A model generated the notes under the pieces. It searched no databases and had not been told where the DNA came from. It was given only the letters and a program-made list of their open reading frames with translations. Shown here piece by piece: positions 1 through 8,595 of a DNA stretch of 29,026 nucleotides (its first letter is position 1; the number at the start of each line of letters is the position of its first letter). Source of the DNA: an uncultured virus (IMG/VR IMGVR_UViG_2523533505_000001) (lineage: Duplodnaviria; Heunggongvirae; Uroviricota; Caudoviricetes); IMG/VR virus record IMGVR_UViG_2523533505_000001, positions 62,001 to 91,026 of that record. One strand, written 5' to 3'. The translations under genes were made by a program, and so were the position numbers.

Positions 1-224
1 GGGATGCCGACAGCGACCTGGGCGAGGCCTTCGAAGACGGCGCCGTCGGGCTGCCGGGTGTGAAGGATCAGCAGGGGCAGCGAGTCGGCAATGGAGTGCT
101 CGAGGACGTACCCGGTGACGGCGCCGGGCGGCAGGGCGTTGCCGTCGAGGGTGATGGCGGCGTGGCCGGGCTGCGCGTCGATTCGCACGCCGCGCGCCTG
201 CGGCTGTTCGGGGCGGTCACTCAT
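1..224 (-). CDS. Hypothetical phage protein, truncated at the window edge (MSDRPEQPQARGVRIDAQPGHAAITLDG...)
   Basis: Manual translation: ATG at 224 overlaps the end of the upstream gene, the frame is open to the window edge, and third positions are GC-rich. Confidence 0.7.
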   Translation of the reverse strand, partial: MSDRPEQPQARGVRIDAQPGHAAITLDGNALPPGAVTGYVLEHSIADSLPLLILHTRQPDGAVFEGLAQVAVGI

Positions 225-576
225 CGTCTTCGTCCTCTGCTGGGGCGGCCTCGAGGGCTGGCCCGGTATCGGTCGGGAAGGGAACTTGCAGGGGAACGGT
301 GCGCTGGAACATGACGGCGTCGCCGGTGATGAAGTTGCGCTCCTTGGCTCCGTCGGGTCGCACGTAGAACTCGTGGAAGACGATCAGGTCGATGAGCCAG
401 GGCAGGCCACCGTTGATGACGCCGTTGGGCAGGGCGAGGACGTAGATGGGGCGGTTGGCGACGACCTTGTTCGGGTCGATGCCGTTGGCCTCCAGCCAGG
501 CGTTGATGCGTAGGCGCTGCTCGCCGGTTTGGACGCCGTGGCCGGGGTGCACGGTCTGTGCGTCGGGGGTGGTCAC
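217..576 (-). CDS. Hypothetical phage protein (119 aa, acidic C-terminus)
   Basis: C-terminal part of ORF 217..732. GTG at 576 forms a GTGA overlap with the upstream stop. Protein-like composition from MTTPDAQ onward. Confidence 0.75.
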   Translation of the reverse strand: MTTPDAQTVHPGHGVQTGEQRLRINAWLEANGIDPNKVVANRPIYVLALPNGVINGGLPWLIDLIVFHEFYVRPDGAKERNFITGDAVMFQRTVPLQVPFPTDTGPALEAAPAEDEDDE

Positions 577-1406
577 AGGGCGGCTCCGGAGAGGATGTTG
601 GTCCGCCCGGCGAGGTCGAGGCGGGGCAGGAACTCGCGGATGCAGTGCGGGTGCGCGGTGGGGTGGGCGAGGGCGTCCTGCACGGTGCGCAGGGTCCGGT
701 TGGCGCGGTCGGTGTCGTCGTGGGAGGCCCATCCGCAGTCGGCGCCGTCGCGGACCTCGACGTAGCTGACGTCGAGGTCGTCGAGGGCGGTTCGGCAGGC
801 TGCGGTGTTCGCGGTGGTGACGGCCTGCCAGGTGATCGCGGCGCGGGCCCAGGCGTCGACGGGGTGGTGGGCGTTGTTGGCGTAGACGACGGTGTCGAGG
901 GGGTGTTGGCGCAGGAGGCGGGCGGTGTCGAAGCGGGCTGCGGTGGTGCGGGCGGCGTCCTGGGCGGCGCGCAGGAAGACGCGGGCGCGGCGGATGGCTT
1001 CCTGGATGCGGGCGGTCAGGTCGGCGTAGTACTGCGCGGACGTCCCGGTGATCGCTGCTTGGTGGCGGGGGGTCCAGGTGAACAGGTCGATGCTGCGGCC
1101 TGCGTTGTCGATCATCGTCCAGGCGCCCTCGCGGTAGATGAGGGGCAGGTCGGTTGCGGCCCAGCGTTCGGCGAACGCCATCGCGGCGCGGGTGAAGGCG
1201 GCCAGGGAGGTGTTGAACGCGGCCACGGCGGCGCGTACGCGGGCGGTGGAGCCGCGGCCGGGCCGGATCAGGGCGAGCGCGTTCAGGAGCCGGGTCTGGG
1301 CGTTGGTGAGGATGAACCAGGCGCGGGAGAGGCGGGCGACGGCGTCGGTGATGTAGGCGAGGAGGCGTGCGCGCAGGGTCCGGCCGCGCCGTACGGGGGT
1401 GGTCAT
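573..1406 (-). CDS. Phage minor capsid / head morphogenesis protein (MuF-like)
   Basis: ATG at 1406 (ATGA overlap). C-terminal DGADCGW...HPHCIRE resembles the HPxCR motif of MuF/minor capsid proteins. Lies in the head operon. Confidence 0.7.
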   Translation of the reverse strand: MTTPVRRGRTLRARLLAYITDAVARLSRAWFILTNAQTRLLNALALIRPGRGSTARVRAAVAAFNTSLAAFTRAAMAFAERWAATDLPLIYREGAWTMIDNAGRSIDLFTWTPRHQAAITGTSAQYYADLTARIQEAIRRARVFLRAAQDAARTTAARFDTARLLRQHPLDTVVYANNAHHPVDAWARAAITWQAVTTANTAACRTALDDLDVSYVEVRDGADCGWASHDDTDRANRTLRTVQDALAHPTAHPHCIREFLPRLDLAGRTNILSGAAL

Positions 1407-1735
1407 CGGCGCCTGCGTTCGACGAGCTGGAACGTTCCGAGGACGGTGACGTCGTCTCCGGTGGTGGGGGTTTCGTCGGGGGCCGGGGAGCCGCCGGCTT
1501 CGAGGGCGGCGATCTGCCGCTCGTAGGCCTTGATGTTCTCGGTGAAGGAGACGGAGACGACGCTGGAGACGTTGACGGTGGCGGCCTGGGCGCGGAGGTT
1601 GGCGAGGCGCTCGTTGAGGACCTCGAGGGCGACCTTGCGGGCGGTGCCGAGCCGCGCGTAGCGGGCGGTCAGGTCGGCGAGGGGCGTGGCGGTGCCGAGT
1701 TGGGAGAGCAGCCAGGCCTGTACGGCGGTGTCCAC
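1403..1735 (-). CDS. Putative head completion / head-tail adaptor protein (110 aa)
   Basis: GGAGG RBS, GTG start, helical small protein two genes after the major capsid gene. Function inferred from synteny only. Confidence 0.5.
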   Translation of the reverse strand: MDTAVQAWLLSQLGTATPLADLTARYARLGTARKVALEVLNERLANLRAQAATVNVSSVVSVSFTENIKAYERQIAALEAGGSPAPDETPTTGDDVTVLGTFQLVERRRR

Positions 1736-1767
1736 GGGTGTCCTCCAGGGGGCGGTAGAGGGGGTGT

Positions 1768-1822
1768 GCGGGTGCGGGCCCGCCGGTTGGCGCCCCCACC
1801 ACAGGGGCGGGCCCGCACCCGC
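1768..1822 (-). terminator. 17-bp perfect inverted repeat; terminator or mRNA-stabilising hairpin after the capsid genes
   Basis: GCGGGTGCGGGCCCGCC (1768-1784) pairs with GGCGGGCCCGCACCCGC (1806-1822), immediately after the TAA at 1823-1825. Confidence 0.7.
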
Positions 1823-2182
1823 TTATTCGCCGCCGGTGTCGGCGGCGTTCCGGCCCCGGGACCGGCTGGTGGCCGCCGTCTTCTTGGCGGCGGTCTTCTT
1901 GGCCGCGGGCGCGGCCTGGTCGTCCAGGGCGGGCTGTTCAGGCCCGTCGGGGGTGGAGGCGGCGCCAGAGTCGCCGTCCGGGCCGCCGCCGGGCCCCTGA
2001 GGGACGTCCGGGTTCTCGGGGGTCGTCTTGGGCAGGCGAGGCAGCTTCCCGTCCACCCAGGCGGCCCGGCTGGTCACCAGCGCGGCCAGCCGGGGCTCCG
2101 GAAGAGTTCCCGGGTGCAGCTCGACCATCTGGCGGGTTTCCGGATCGCGCACGAACACGGTCGCTGCGAGTTGGGCGCCCAT
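1823..2182 (-). CDS. Hypothetical head-associated protein with a low-complexity AAKKT-repeat tail
   Basis: 119-aa ORF starting 3 nt after the capsid stop. PAAKKTAAKKTAA basic repeat. Confidence 0.75.
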   Translation of the reverse strand: MGAQLAATVFVRDPETRQMVELHPGTLPEPRLAALVTSRAAWVDGKLPRLPKTTPENPDVPQGPGGGPDGDSGAASTPDGPEQPALDDQAAPAAKKTAAKKTAATSRSRGRNAADTGGE

Positions 2183-2185
2183 GGC

Positions 2186-3250
2186 TCACCACACCGTCGC
2201 TGCGATGTGGATGTCCGGGGTGTACATGACCGGCAGGGCGGCCGCGTTGCCCTTCGTGTACACCTGGACCGGGTCGTCCTGGTAGCCGGAGGTGACGATG
2301 ATGCCCGGCGCCTCTTCCCGCAGGATGGCCGGGTTGGAGCCGGTCGACAGGACGATGCCTTCGGCGGTGAGCCCGTACTGGGTCTCGGCCATCTGTCGGG
2401 CGTCGGGCGGCAGCAGGAAGAACATGTTCTCCGGCAGCGGCCGTTTGTCGGTTCCGTCGTCCATGGGGATCTTGACGTCGTACGTCTCGACCGGCGGAAG
2501 TCCGTAGCGGGCGCGGACCGTGTTCACCTCGTCCTTGGCCAGGACCGCAGTCGGGATCGTCGAGGCGGAGTTCACGCTGCCGTAGTAGGCGGCCCGGTAG
2601 GAGTCGTTCGTGAGCATGTAGGCCCACGTCTTGTACGACGTCAGCGCGCGGGTCGGTGTCGGGGCGCCGGAGGCGCGCAGGACCTCGATCCAGGCCATCT
2701 CGTCGGCGAGGATGTCGGCGGTCGGGTCGGACCAGTCGACGGCGGCGGTCGGCATGTTCGCTGAGGGGACCTTGTGGTCGGCCTCAATGGTGAGCCCGTT
2801 TTCGCCGGTGAGGGTGAACTTGCCGTCGACGAGGAGGTCGCCGGCGGCGAGCTCCATGCGGTGCTTGATGGACAGCACGTGCGCGGCGACGTCGTCGTAG
2901 ATCTGGTCGACGAGGTCCTGACCGTCCATGCCGCGGGAGACGTTCTGCAGGATCGTCTCGAGTTCACCGACGATGTACTTCTGCCCGAGGGGCAGCAGCT
3001 TGCCCTCGGTGACCCAGCGGCTGATCTCCCGCGTGGCGACCTTGGTCTGGGCGTCCCACGCGCGGTAGGAGGCGGCGGCGACGCGTCGGTTGCCGCCGCG
3101 GATCTGGTACTTCACCGAGTCGACGGTCCGTTCGGGGATGACCGACTGGGTGAGAAGGTAGTTCGCCGGGGTCTGGATCTCGCGGACGAAGGCGTTGATG
3201 ACCGTGGGGTTGATGTCCCTCAGGAGGACTTCCAGCATGTCGTTCGGCAT
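2186..3250 (-). CDS. Major capsid protein (lambda gpE-like family)
   Basis: 354 aa with AGGAG RBS, following scaffold and decoration genes. Motifs RMELAAGDLLVDGKFTL, WSDPTADILAD and DPVQVYTKGNAAALPV are typical of gpE-type capsids. Confidence 0.9.
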   Translation of the reverse strand: MPNDMLEVLLRDINPTVINAFVREIQTPANYLLTQSVIPERTVDSVKYQIRGGNRRVAAASYRAWDAQTKVATREISRWVTEGKLLPLGQKYIVGELETILQNVSRGMDGQDLVDQIYDDVAAHVLSIKHRMELAAGDLLVDGKFTLTGENGLTIEADHKVPSANMPTAAVDWSDPTADILADEMAWIEVLRASGAPTPTRALTSYKTWAYMLTNDSYRAAYYGSVNSASTIPTAVLAKDEVNTVRARYGLPPVETYDVKIPMDDGTDKRPLPENMFFLLPPDARQMAETQYGLTAEGIVLSTGSNPAILREEAPGIIVTSGYQDDPVQVYTKGNAAALPVMYTPDIHIAATVW

Positions 3251-3266
3251 GGCTCAGTTCTCCTGA

Positions 3267-4001
3267 TCAGACCTTGTAGACGAAGCTCTTGTTGGAGCCG
3301 TCGGGGACGTCGGTGGGGTCGAACGCGACGGGCAGCTTCGAGGGGTCGATCTGCCCGTGGACCATCAGCGGAGCTGCGGCCTTGGTGGAGCCGGGGTAGA
3401 AGGACACCTCGGTGAAGAGGAACCCGGCGAAGACGTCCGAGCCGTCCGCGGTCGCTGCGGCGCCGCCAGCGGTGGTGGTGGCGATGGTGATGTCCGGGGT
3501 GGTGCCGCCGGTGAACGACTCGGTGGTGGTGGGCGCGGCGACGTTCTCGCCGAGCTGCGTGCCACCCCAGGTGAGGGTCCAGGGGCCACCGGCGTTGCCG
3601 GTGACGACGACGTCGCCGGGCGCGATGTTCGACAGCGCCTCCAGCGCGGCCTGGACCTGCGCGGCGGTGGCGTTGTAGGCGATCGCGGCGGTGGTCTGCC
3701 CGGACCAGGTGATGGTGAACGTACCGCCGGTCGGGGCGCCGGTCACGGTGAGGGTCTGGACCTCGTTGGAGACGGCGTTGTACGGCGCGTACAGGCTGGA
3801 CGCGGTGAGCTTGCCGAGGGGAATGCCGGACTTCAGCTTCCGCTCGGGCTGGTAGGCGGAGGCCTCGGTCCAGTGGAGGTTCTCGTCGAACTGGGTGAGG
3901 TCGAGGGTGACGGTCTGGTTGGCTTCGATGCCGAGCATGCTCATGAGCCACGGGCGGCCGACGGCGAGCGACTCGGTGCTGGTGTACGGCTGGATGTCCA
4001 C
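3267..4001 (-). CDS. Head decoration protein with an inserted Thr/Gly-rich beta domain
   Basis: GTG at 4001 with GAAAGGGG RBS. KSGIPLGKLTASSLYAPY...FAGFLF...HGQIDPSKLP pattern, directly upstream of the capsid gene. Confidence 0.75.
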   Translation of the reverse strand: MDIQPYTSTESLAVGRPWLMSMLGIEANQTVTLDLTQFDENLHWTEASAYQPERKLKSGIPLGKLTASSLYAPYNAVSNEVQTLTVTGAPTGGTFTITWSGQTTAAIAYNATAAQVQAALEALSNIAPGDVVVTGNAGGPWTLTWGGTQLGENVAAPTTTESFTGGTTPDITIATTTAGGAAATADGSDVFAGFLFTEVSFYPGSTKAAAPLMVHGQIDPSKLPVAFDPTDVPDGSNKSFVYKV

Positions 4002-4108
4002 GCCGTAGCCCCTTTCGCGATGTTCGCGGAATGTGTGGTGAGGGCACCGAGGTTTGGTGCCGTCCACGGGGGGTCAGGGCGTGGTCCCTAGGTCTCATGC
4101 CGGTCCGG

Positions 4109-4876
4109 TCAGGAAGCGGTGCGCAGTCCCATCCGCTCGGCGCGCTTGCGTGCCTCCTGCTGGATGGCGTCCTTGGCTCCGGCGGGCTGCCGGGGGGCGT
4201 TTCCGCTGGCGGGCCCGCCGGACGGCGCCGGGGGCAGGGTCTGCGGGGCGGGCGCGGAGCCGAACAGTTCCGGGCGGCGCTTCTTCAGCGCCTCGGCCGC
4301 GGCAGTGACGGCGGCCGCATCAGCGTCGGGGGTCTCGCGCAGGTCGCGCTCCAGCATGGCCAGGGCGTCCTGGAGGTTCGGGGCCGTGATCGTGCCTTGG
4401 TCGTCGACCTGGTCGAGGGCGCCGAGGCGGGTGAGGGCCTGCTCCCGGGCGAGGGCGCGGCGTGCTTCGGCGATCTCGGCCTGTCCCTGTTCGACCTTCG
4501 CCTTCTCGGTCTGCAGGGCCTGCGTCTGCCGCTGGAGCTCCTCGGCACGCCGCTGCTCCTCGGAGAGCTGCTGCTGGCGTGTCTGTTCGGCCTTCTTGAG
4601 CAGGTCGCCGAACTGGGCGGGGTCGAAGGTGTCGGGGTCCACGCCAGCGGCTTCGGCGATGGTCCGGTACGCGGAGCGCCGGCCTTCTTCCTTCTCATCC
4701 ACCATGATCTTGTTCAGGCGGCGCTGGGTGAACGACACCATCTCCTCGCCCGGCTCGGAAGCCGGGGCGGCCGGAACGGCGGGAGGCTGCTGGGCGGCCC
4801 GGGCGGCGATGTCGGCCGGGGTGGGCACGGAGGCCGGGGCCGGGGCGGCGGGGGGCTGGATGGTGGGCTCGGTCAT
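4109..4876 (-). CDS. Capsid scaffolding protein
   Basis: 255 aa with a Pro/Ala-rich N-terminus, FTQ motif, long coiled coil and RPELFG motif. Lies between portal and decoration/capsid genes. Confidence 0.75.
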   Translation of the reverse strand: MTEPTIQPPAAPAPASVPTPADIAARAAQQPPAVPAAPASEPGEEMVSFTQRRLNKIMVDEKEEGRRSAYRTIAEAAGVDPDTFDPAQFGDLLKKAEQTRQQQLSEEQRRAEELQRQTQALQTEKAKVEQGQAEIAEARRALAREQALTRLGALDQVDDQGTITAPNLQDALAMLERDLRETPDADAAAVTAAAEALKKRRPELFGSAPAPQTLPPAPSGGPASGNAPRQPAGAKDAIQQEARKRAERMGLRTAS

Positions 4877-4960
4877 GCCGACACCACCTCGACGCGCGGG
4901 GCGGCCGGTCGGGTCTGCGCGGGGCGACGCATGAGTGCAAGTCCTCCCAAAGGACGTTCA

Positions 4961-4972
4961 GGCCCCGCGCCT
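4961..4972 (-). promoter_or_regulatory. Conserved 12-mer AGGCGCGGGGCC (copy before the scaffold gene)
   Basis: Exact copy of the motifs at 6901-6912 and 9157-9168, all intergenic and 5' of minus-strand genes. Confidence 0.65.
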
Positions 4973-4997
4973 AGATCCAAGTTCAGCACAGATCGCA

Positions 4998-6878
4998 TCA
5001 CGTGTTCCCCTGGCTCCCCTGTCCCACCGTCTCCTCGGGGTCCTCGTCTCCCTGCGGGAGGGCGTTGAAGGGCAGTTGGACGGTGGGGGTTTCGGGTTCG
5101 TCAGGGGCTTGGCGGCCGAGGAACGCGGCGACTTCCTCGGGGTTGCCGAGGGCGTCGGCCAGCATGCGGGCTTCCTCGAAGGCGCGGGAGTCGATCTGCT
5201 TGATCTCCTGCTCGATGTCGTCGACGGGCCAGCCGATCTCCTGCAGGCGGCGGATCGCGGTCTCGAGGGAGATGAGGCCGGCGGTGCGGGCCTTGGTGAT
5301 TTCCTCGAGGACGGCGGCCTTGTCGGTGGGGGTGTAGGCGCCGCGGGTGAGCTTCGCCGGGAGGACGGGCAGACCGATCCAGTCGGGGTGCTGTCCGGCT
5401 TGGAAGAGGCGTTGGACGAACTTGGGCAGGAGCCGGTCGGCGTGGTCGCGGGCCAGGCGCATCGCGGAGATGAGGGAGTCGAGCGGGCCGAGGGCCAGTT
5501 CGAGCTGGTAGCCGGAGTCGAACTGGGCGGGGTCGCCCATGCCGAGGGCGACGGCGGGGATGCGGGCGGCTGCTGCTGCCTGGTCGCGCAGGTCTTTGCG
5601 GTGGCTGCGGAGCTCGGCCAGGTTGGCGCTGGTGTCGACGGAGGTGATGGAGCCGCCGTCCCCGAGGGTGAGGACCATCCCGGGCCCGGCGGTGTATTGC
5701 TGCTGTCCGTTGAGGGCCTTCCCGGAGATCGCGAGGATCGGGGATCCGGTGGTGGCGGAGGCGCGGGAGGAGTCCGTGTCCGAGCCGGACAGCTCGTCGA
5801 ACACCTGGAGCACCTTGGCGAGGCTGCTCTGCCCCCAGTGTTCCCCGGCGGCGGGGACGGTGTTGGGGACGTGGATGATCGGCAGGAAGTCGATCAGCAT
5901 GTCGAGGTGGTCGAGGACTTCGCCCTGGCCGTTGGTGGCGAAGCGGGCCTTGTCCATCGGCAGGTCGTCGACGTCCACGGGCCCTTTGAGGTCGCCGAGT
6001 TCCCAGATCGCGTCGGTCAGGTAGACGGTCTTGTAGGAGGGCTGCTCACTCCACGGGTACATGCGGGTGATGGCGCCGCCGCTGTCGAGGAGGTCACCGC
6101 GGCCGAGGAGGGGCTGCTCCGGCGTCTCGTCGGTGGGTTCGGACATGACGGTGGCGCGGACGGGCCGGCCGGTGCGGTCGACGCCGTTGGCGGTCTGGGG
6201 GCGGATCCAGTCCAGGTGGTAGGTGATGCGGCGCAGCCGGGCTGGCAGGCGGCGCTTCTTGTCCTCGGGGAGTTCCCACGCGAAGTGGATGCGGTCGGGG
6301 AAGTCGGATCCGTCGGAGTCTTCGTCGAGGACGGGGAAGTAGAAGCCGGGATCGAAGGTCTTCATGCGGACGCGCTGCTTGTCGGCGTCCCAGTACAGCA
6401 GGATGACGCCGTCGCCGAGGCCGACAGCTTTTCGTTCGGCTTGCAGGAGCCGCATGGGCAGGAGTTCCTCGTCGGCCCACTCCCGCAGCAGGGTCTGGAC
6501 GCGTTCGGCGGTCGCGGCGTCGGTGGAGGTTTCGTCGGTGGCCTGTTCGGCGCCGGGCACGGTGATGGTCTGCTCGTCACCGAGGACGTGGGAGGTGATG
6601 GTGTCGACGAACATGGACGGGTCGCCGAACTCGCGGCGCTCGCGGGCGCTGTCGCCGTCGAGGTACGCGGACAGCTCGGCGACCTGGTTGTTGTCGTAGG
6701 CGGTGAGGAGCTTGTACGCGGACAGGCGGCGCTCGTCGGCGGCCGGCACCCAGGTGGCGTGCGCTTCGGGGAAGGCCCGGCGGTTGGGCATGCCGAGGGT
6801 GTCGGAGTACAGGGGCTTGTAGTTCAGCCACGACCAGGTGTCGATGACGGCAGCCCTGACGCCGGAGAAGAGGCCCAC
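4998..6878 (-). CDS. Phage portal protein
   Basis: 626 aa directly downstream of the large terminase. Portal-like motifs GDGVILLYWD, FLPIIHVPN...HWGQSSL, SGYQL and GLISLETAIRRL. Confidence 0.85.
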   Translation of the reverse strand: MGLFSGVRAAVIDTWSWLNYKPLYSDTLGMPNRRAFPEAHATWVPAADERRLSAYKLLTAYDNNQVAELSAYLDGDSARERREFGDPSMFVDTITSHVLGDEQTITVPGAEQATDETSTDAATAERVQTLLREWADEELLPMRLLQAERKAVGLGDGVILLYWDADKQRVRMKTFDPGFYFPVLDEDSDGSDFPDRIHFAWELPEDKKRRLPARLRRITYHLDWIRPQTANGVDRTGRPVRATVMSEPTDETPEQPLLGRGDLLDSGGAITRMYPWSEQPSYKTVYLTDAIWELGDLKGPVDVDDLPMDKARFATNGQGEVLDHLDMLIDFLPIIHVPNTVPAAGEHWGQSSLAKVLQVFDELSGSDTDSSRASATTGSPILAISGKALNGQQQYTAGPGMVLTLGDGGSITSVDTSANLAELRSHRKDLRDQAAAAARIPAVALGMGDPAQFDSGYQLELALGPLDSLISAMRLARDHADRLLPKFVQRLFQAGQHPDWIGLPVLPAKLTRGAYTPTDKAAVLEEITKARTAGLISLETAIRRLQEIGWPVDDIEQEIKQIDSRAFEEARMLADALGNPEEVAAFLGRQAPDEPETPTVQLPFNALPQGDEDPEETVGQGSQGNT

Positions 6879-6900
6879 AGCAGTCCTTCCCGCTGATCCA

Positions 6901-6912
6901 GGCCCCGCGCCT
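6901..6912 (-). promoter_or_regulatory. Conserved 12-mer AGGCGCGGGGCC (copy before the portal gene) inside an extended hairpin 6891-6922
   Basis: CGCTGATC-CAGGC-CCCGC-GCCTG-T-GATCAGCG. A TACGCT -10-like hexamer lies 6 nt upstream on the minus strand. Confidence 0.65.
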
Positions 6913-6949
6913 GTGATCAGCGTACGGGGACAGCAAGCCTTCGTTCCCC

Positions 6950-6969
6950 TGCCCAGACGGGTCTGGGCA
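6950..6969 (-). terminator. Short hairpin directly after the terminase stop
   Basis: TGCCCAGAC-GG-GTCTGGGCA adjacent to the TGA at 6970-6972. Confidence 0.5.
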
Positions 6970-8595
6970 TCACCGCCGCCCGCGCAGCCGGTTGTCGCTG
7001 TAGTGCTGGGTGCCCAGTCCTTCCTGCATGGGGTCGGCGAGTTCGGTGAGGGCGTGGACGTAGGCGTCCATCCGGTCGGGTGAGTCCATGCCAGGGATCC
7101 AGGTGACGAGCTGGCCTTCGAGGCGGGGGAACTCGCCGACGTGGTGGATGAGGGCCTGCGAGGCGAGTTGGGCGATGGGTTCGGCGCGGAGCTTCTTTCC
7201 CTGTTTGGCGTGGACGGGGATGATGCGCGGCATCAGCAGGCCCTGGGTTTCACCGGAGCGTTCGAGGTCGCGCCAGGCCTGGCGGATGATCTGGGCGGAC
7301 TGGTCGCCGCCGAAGTTGTCCTCGACGACGAACGCGTCGGCCTGGAGTTCGATGGCGAGGCGGCAGGCTTCGTGGCCCCAGGTGTCGGCGCCCATGTTCG
7401 CGGAGCGGTCGGCGAGGACGTACATGTCGCCGTCGTTGGTGCGGCCGGCGCCGATGATGCCGGTCTCGTCGTGGGTGTCGCCTTCTCCGCCGGCCTGGTC
7501 GACTGCGACGAGGGTGCGGGTGAGGTCGATGGCGCGGAACGCCATGGGGGTGATGCGGTTGTCGGTGATCCACGGCCACTTCCACACGCCGCCCTCGAGC
7601 GGGCGCGGCTTCTGCATGTACAGGGACCACCAGACCCGCTCGCCGACGGCCTTGCGGATCTTCTGCAGGGCCTTGCGGCCGTACCGGGCAGGCCACAGGG
7701 CCTGCCCGATCGTGCGGCCCAGCGGGTCGTCGTCTGAGTCGCAGATGGCGGGCAGGTCGAGGCGGATCCAGTCGTCGGCGTCTTCGCCTTCGAGGATCTT
7801 CCCGGCGAGGTCCTGTTCGTGCCAGCGGGTCTGGATGACAATGATCGATCCACCGGGCTCGACCCTGGTGTTGAGGACGGAGGTCCACCAGTCCCACAGG
7901 CGGCGCCGCATGGTGGGCGATTCAGCGTCGGCTGCGTCCTTGATCGGGTCGTCGACGATGGCGAGGTGGGCGCCCTTGCCTGTGAGTCCTCCGCCGACGC
8001 CGGCGGTGACGAGGCCGCCTTCGAGGCGTTCGCCGGTTTCCGGGTCGGCGAGGTCGAAGCGGTTGGCTGCCTTGGATCCGGCGTGGAGGGCCAGTCCGAG
8101 CTGGGGGCCGTAGGTGTTGATCGCGTCCCGGATCCACCGGCCGTGGTCGTCGGCCAGGTCGGCGCTGTAGGAGGCGATCATCACCCGGTGGTCGGGGTGC
8201 CGGGACAGGTACCACAGGGGTGCCCATCGTGCGGCGCGCCTGGACTTCCCGTGCCGGGGCGGCATGGTGATGAGGACTTTGCGGGGGTGTCCGCGCGCGA
8301 TGTCGCGGAACACCTTGTCAATCAGGTCGAGGTGGGGTGCCTGCCGCTCCTTGTGGTCGGTGAGGATCGCCGACATCGATCCCGGCGACCGCTCGATCGC
8401 GAGGTCGTGTTCGACCTGCGCGAGGACGCGGCGGACCTCTGGGCTGGCCTGGCGGCCGATCGCGCGGCGTTGCTGCCGGTTCAGGCGCCGGTACTGGGCG
8501 ACCAGAAGAAGGAGTTCTTCCGCCTCCTGGACGACCTCGTGGTCTTCGAGGCCGTCCCAGTTGTCAGGCGTCGTCGCTGTCGTCATCCGCGTCAT
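6970..8595 (-). CDS. terL: Terminase large subunit
   Basis: Walker A MPPRHGKS, GGGLTGKGAHLAIVDDPIKD (Walker B), QTRWHEQDLAG, nuclease domain VAVD...DETGI...PDRMDA. The start may be 8586. Confidence 0.95.
   Translation of the reverse strand: MTRMTTATTPDNWDGLEDHEVVQEAEELLLLVAQYRRLNRQQRRAIGRQASPEVRRVLAQVEHDLAIERSPGSMSAILTDHKERQAPHLDLIDKVFRDIARGHPRKVLITMPPRHGKSRRAARWAPLWYLSRHPDHRVMIASYSADLADDHGRWIRDAINTYGPQLGLALHAGSKAANRFDLADPETGERLEGGLVTAGVGGGLTGKGAHLAIVDDPIKDAADAESPTMRRRLWDWWTSVLNTRVEPGGSIIVIQTRWHEQDLAGKILEGEDADDWIRLDLPAICDSDDDPLGRTIGQALWPARYGRKALQKIRKAVGERVWWSLYMQKPRPLEGGVWKWPWITDNRITPMAFRAIDLTRTLVAVDQAGGEGDTHDETGIIGAGRTNDGDMYVLADRSANMGADTWGHEACRLAIELQADAFVVEDNFGGDQSAQIIRQAWRDLERSGETQGLLMPRIIPVHAKQGKKLRAEPIAQLASQALIHHVGEFPRLEGQLVTWIPGMDSPDRMDAYVHALTELADPMQEGLGTQHYSDNRLRGRR

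Noticed and set aside
8564..8595. terS/terL overlap as a programmed frameshift
   Set aside because: Short overlaps between terminase genes are common, and no slippery sequence is apparent.
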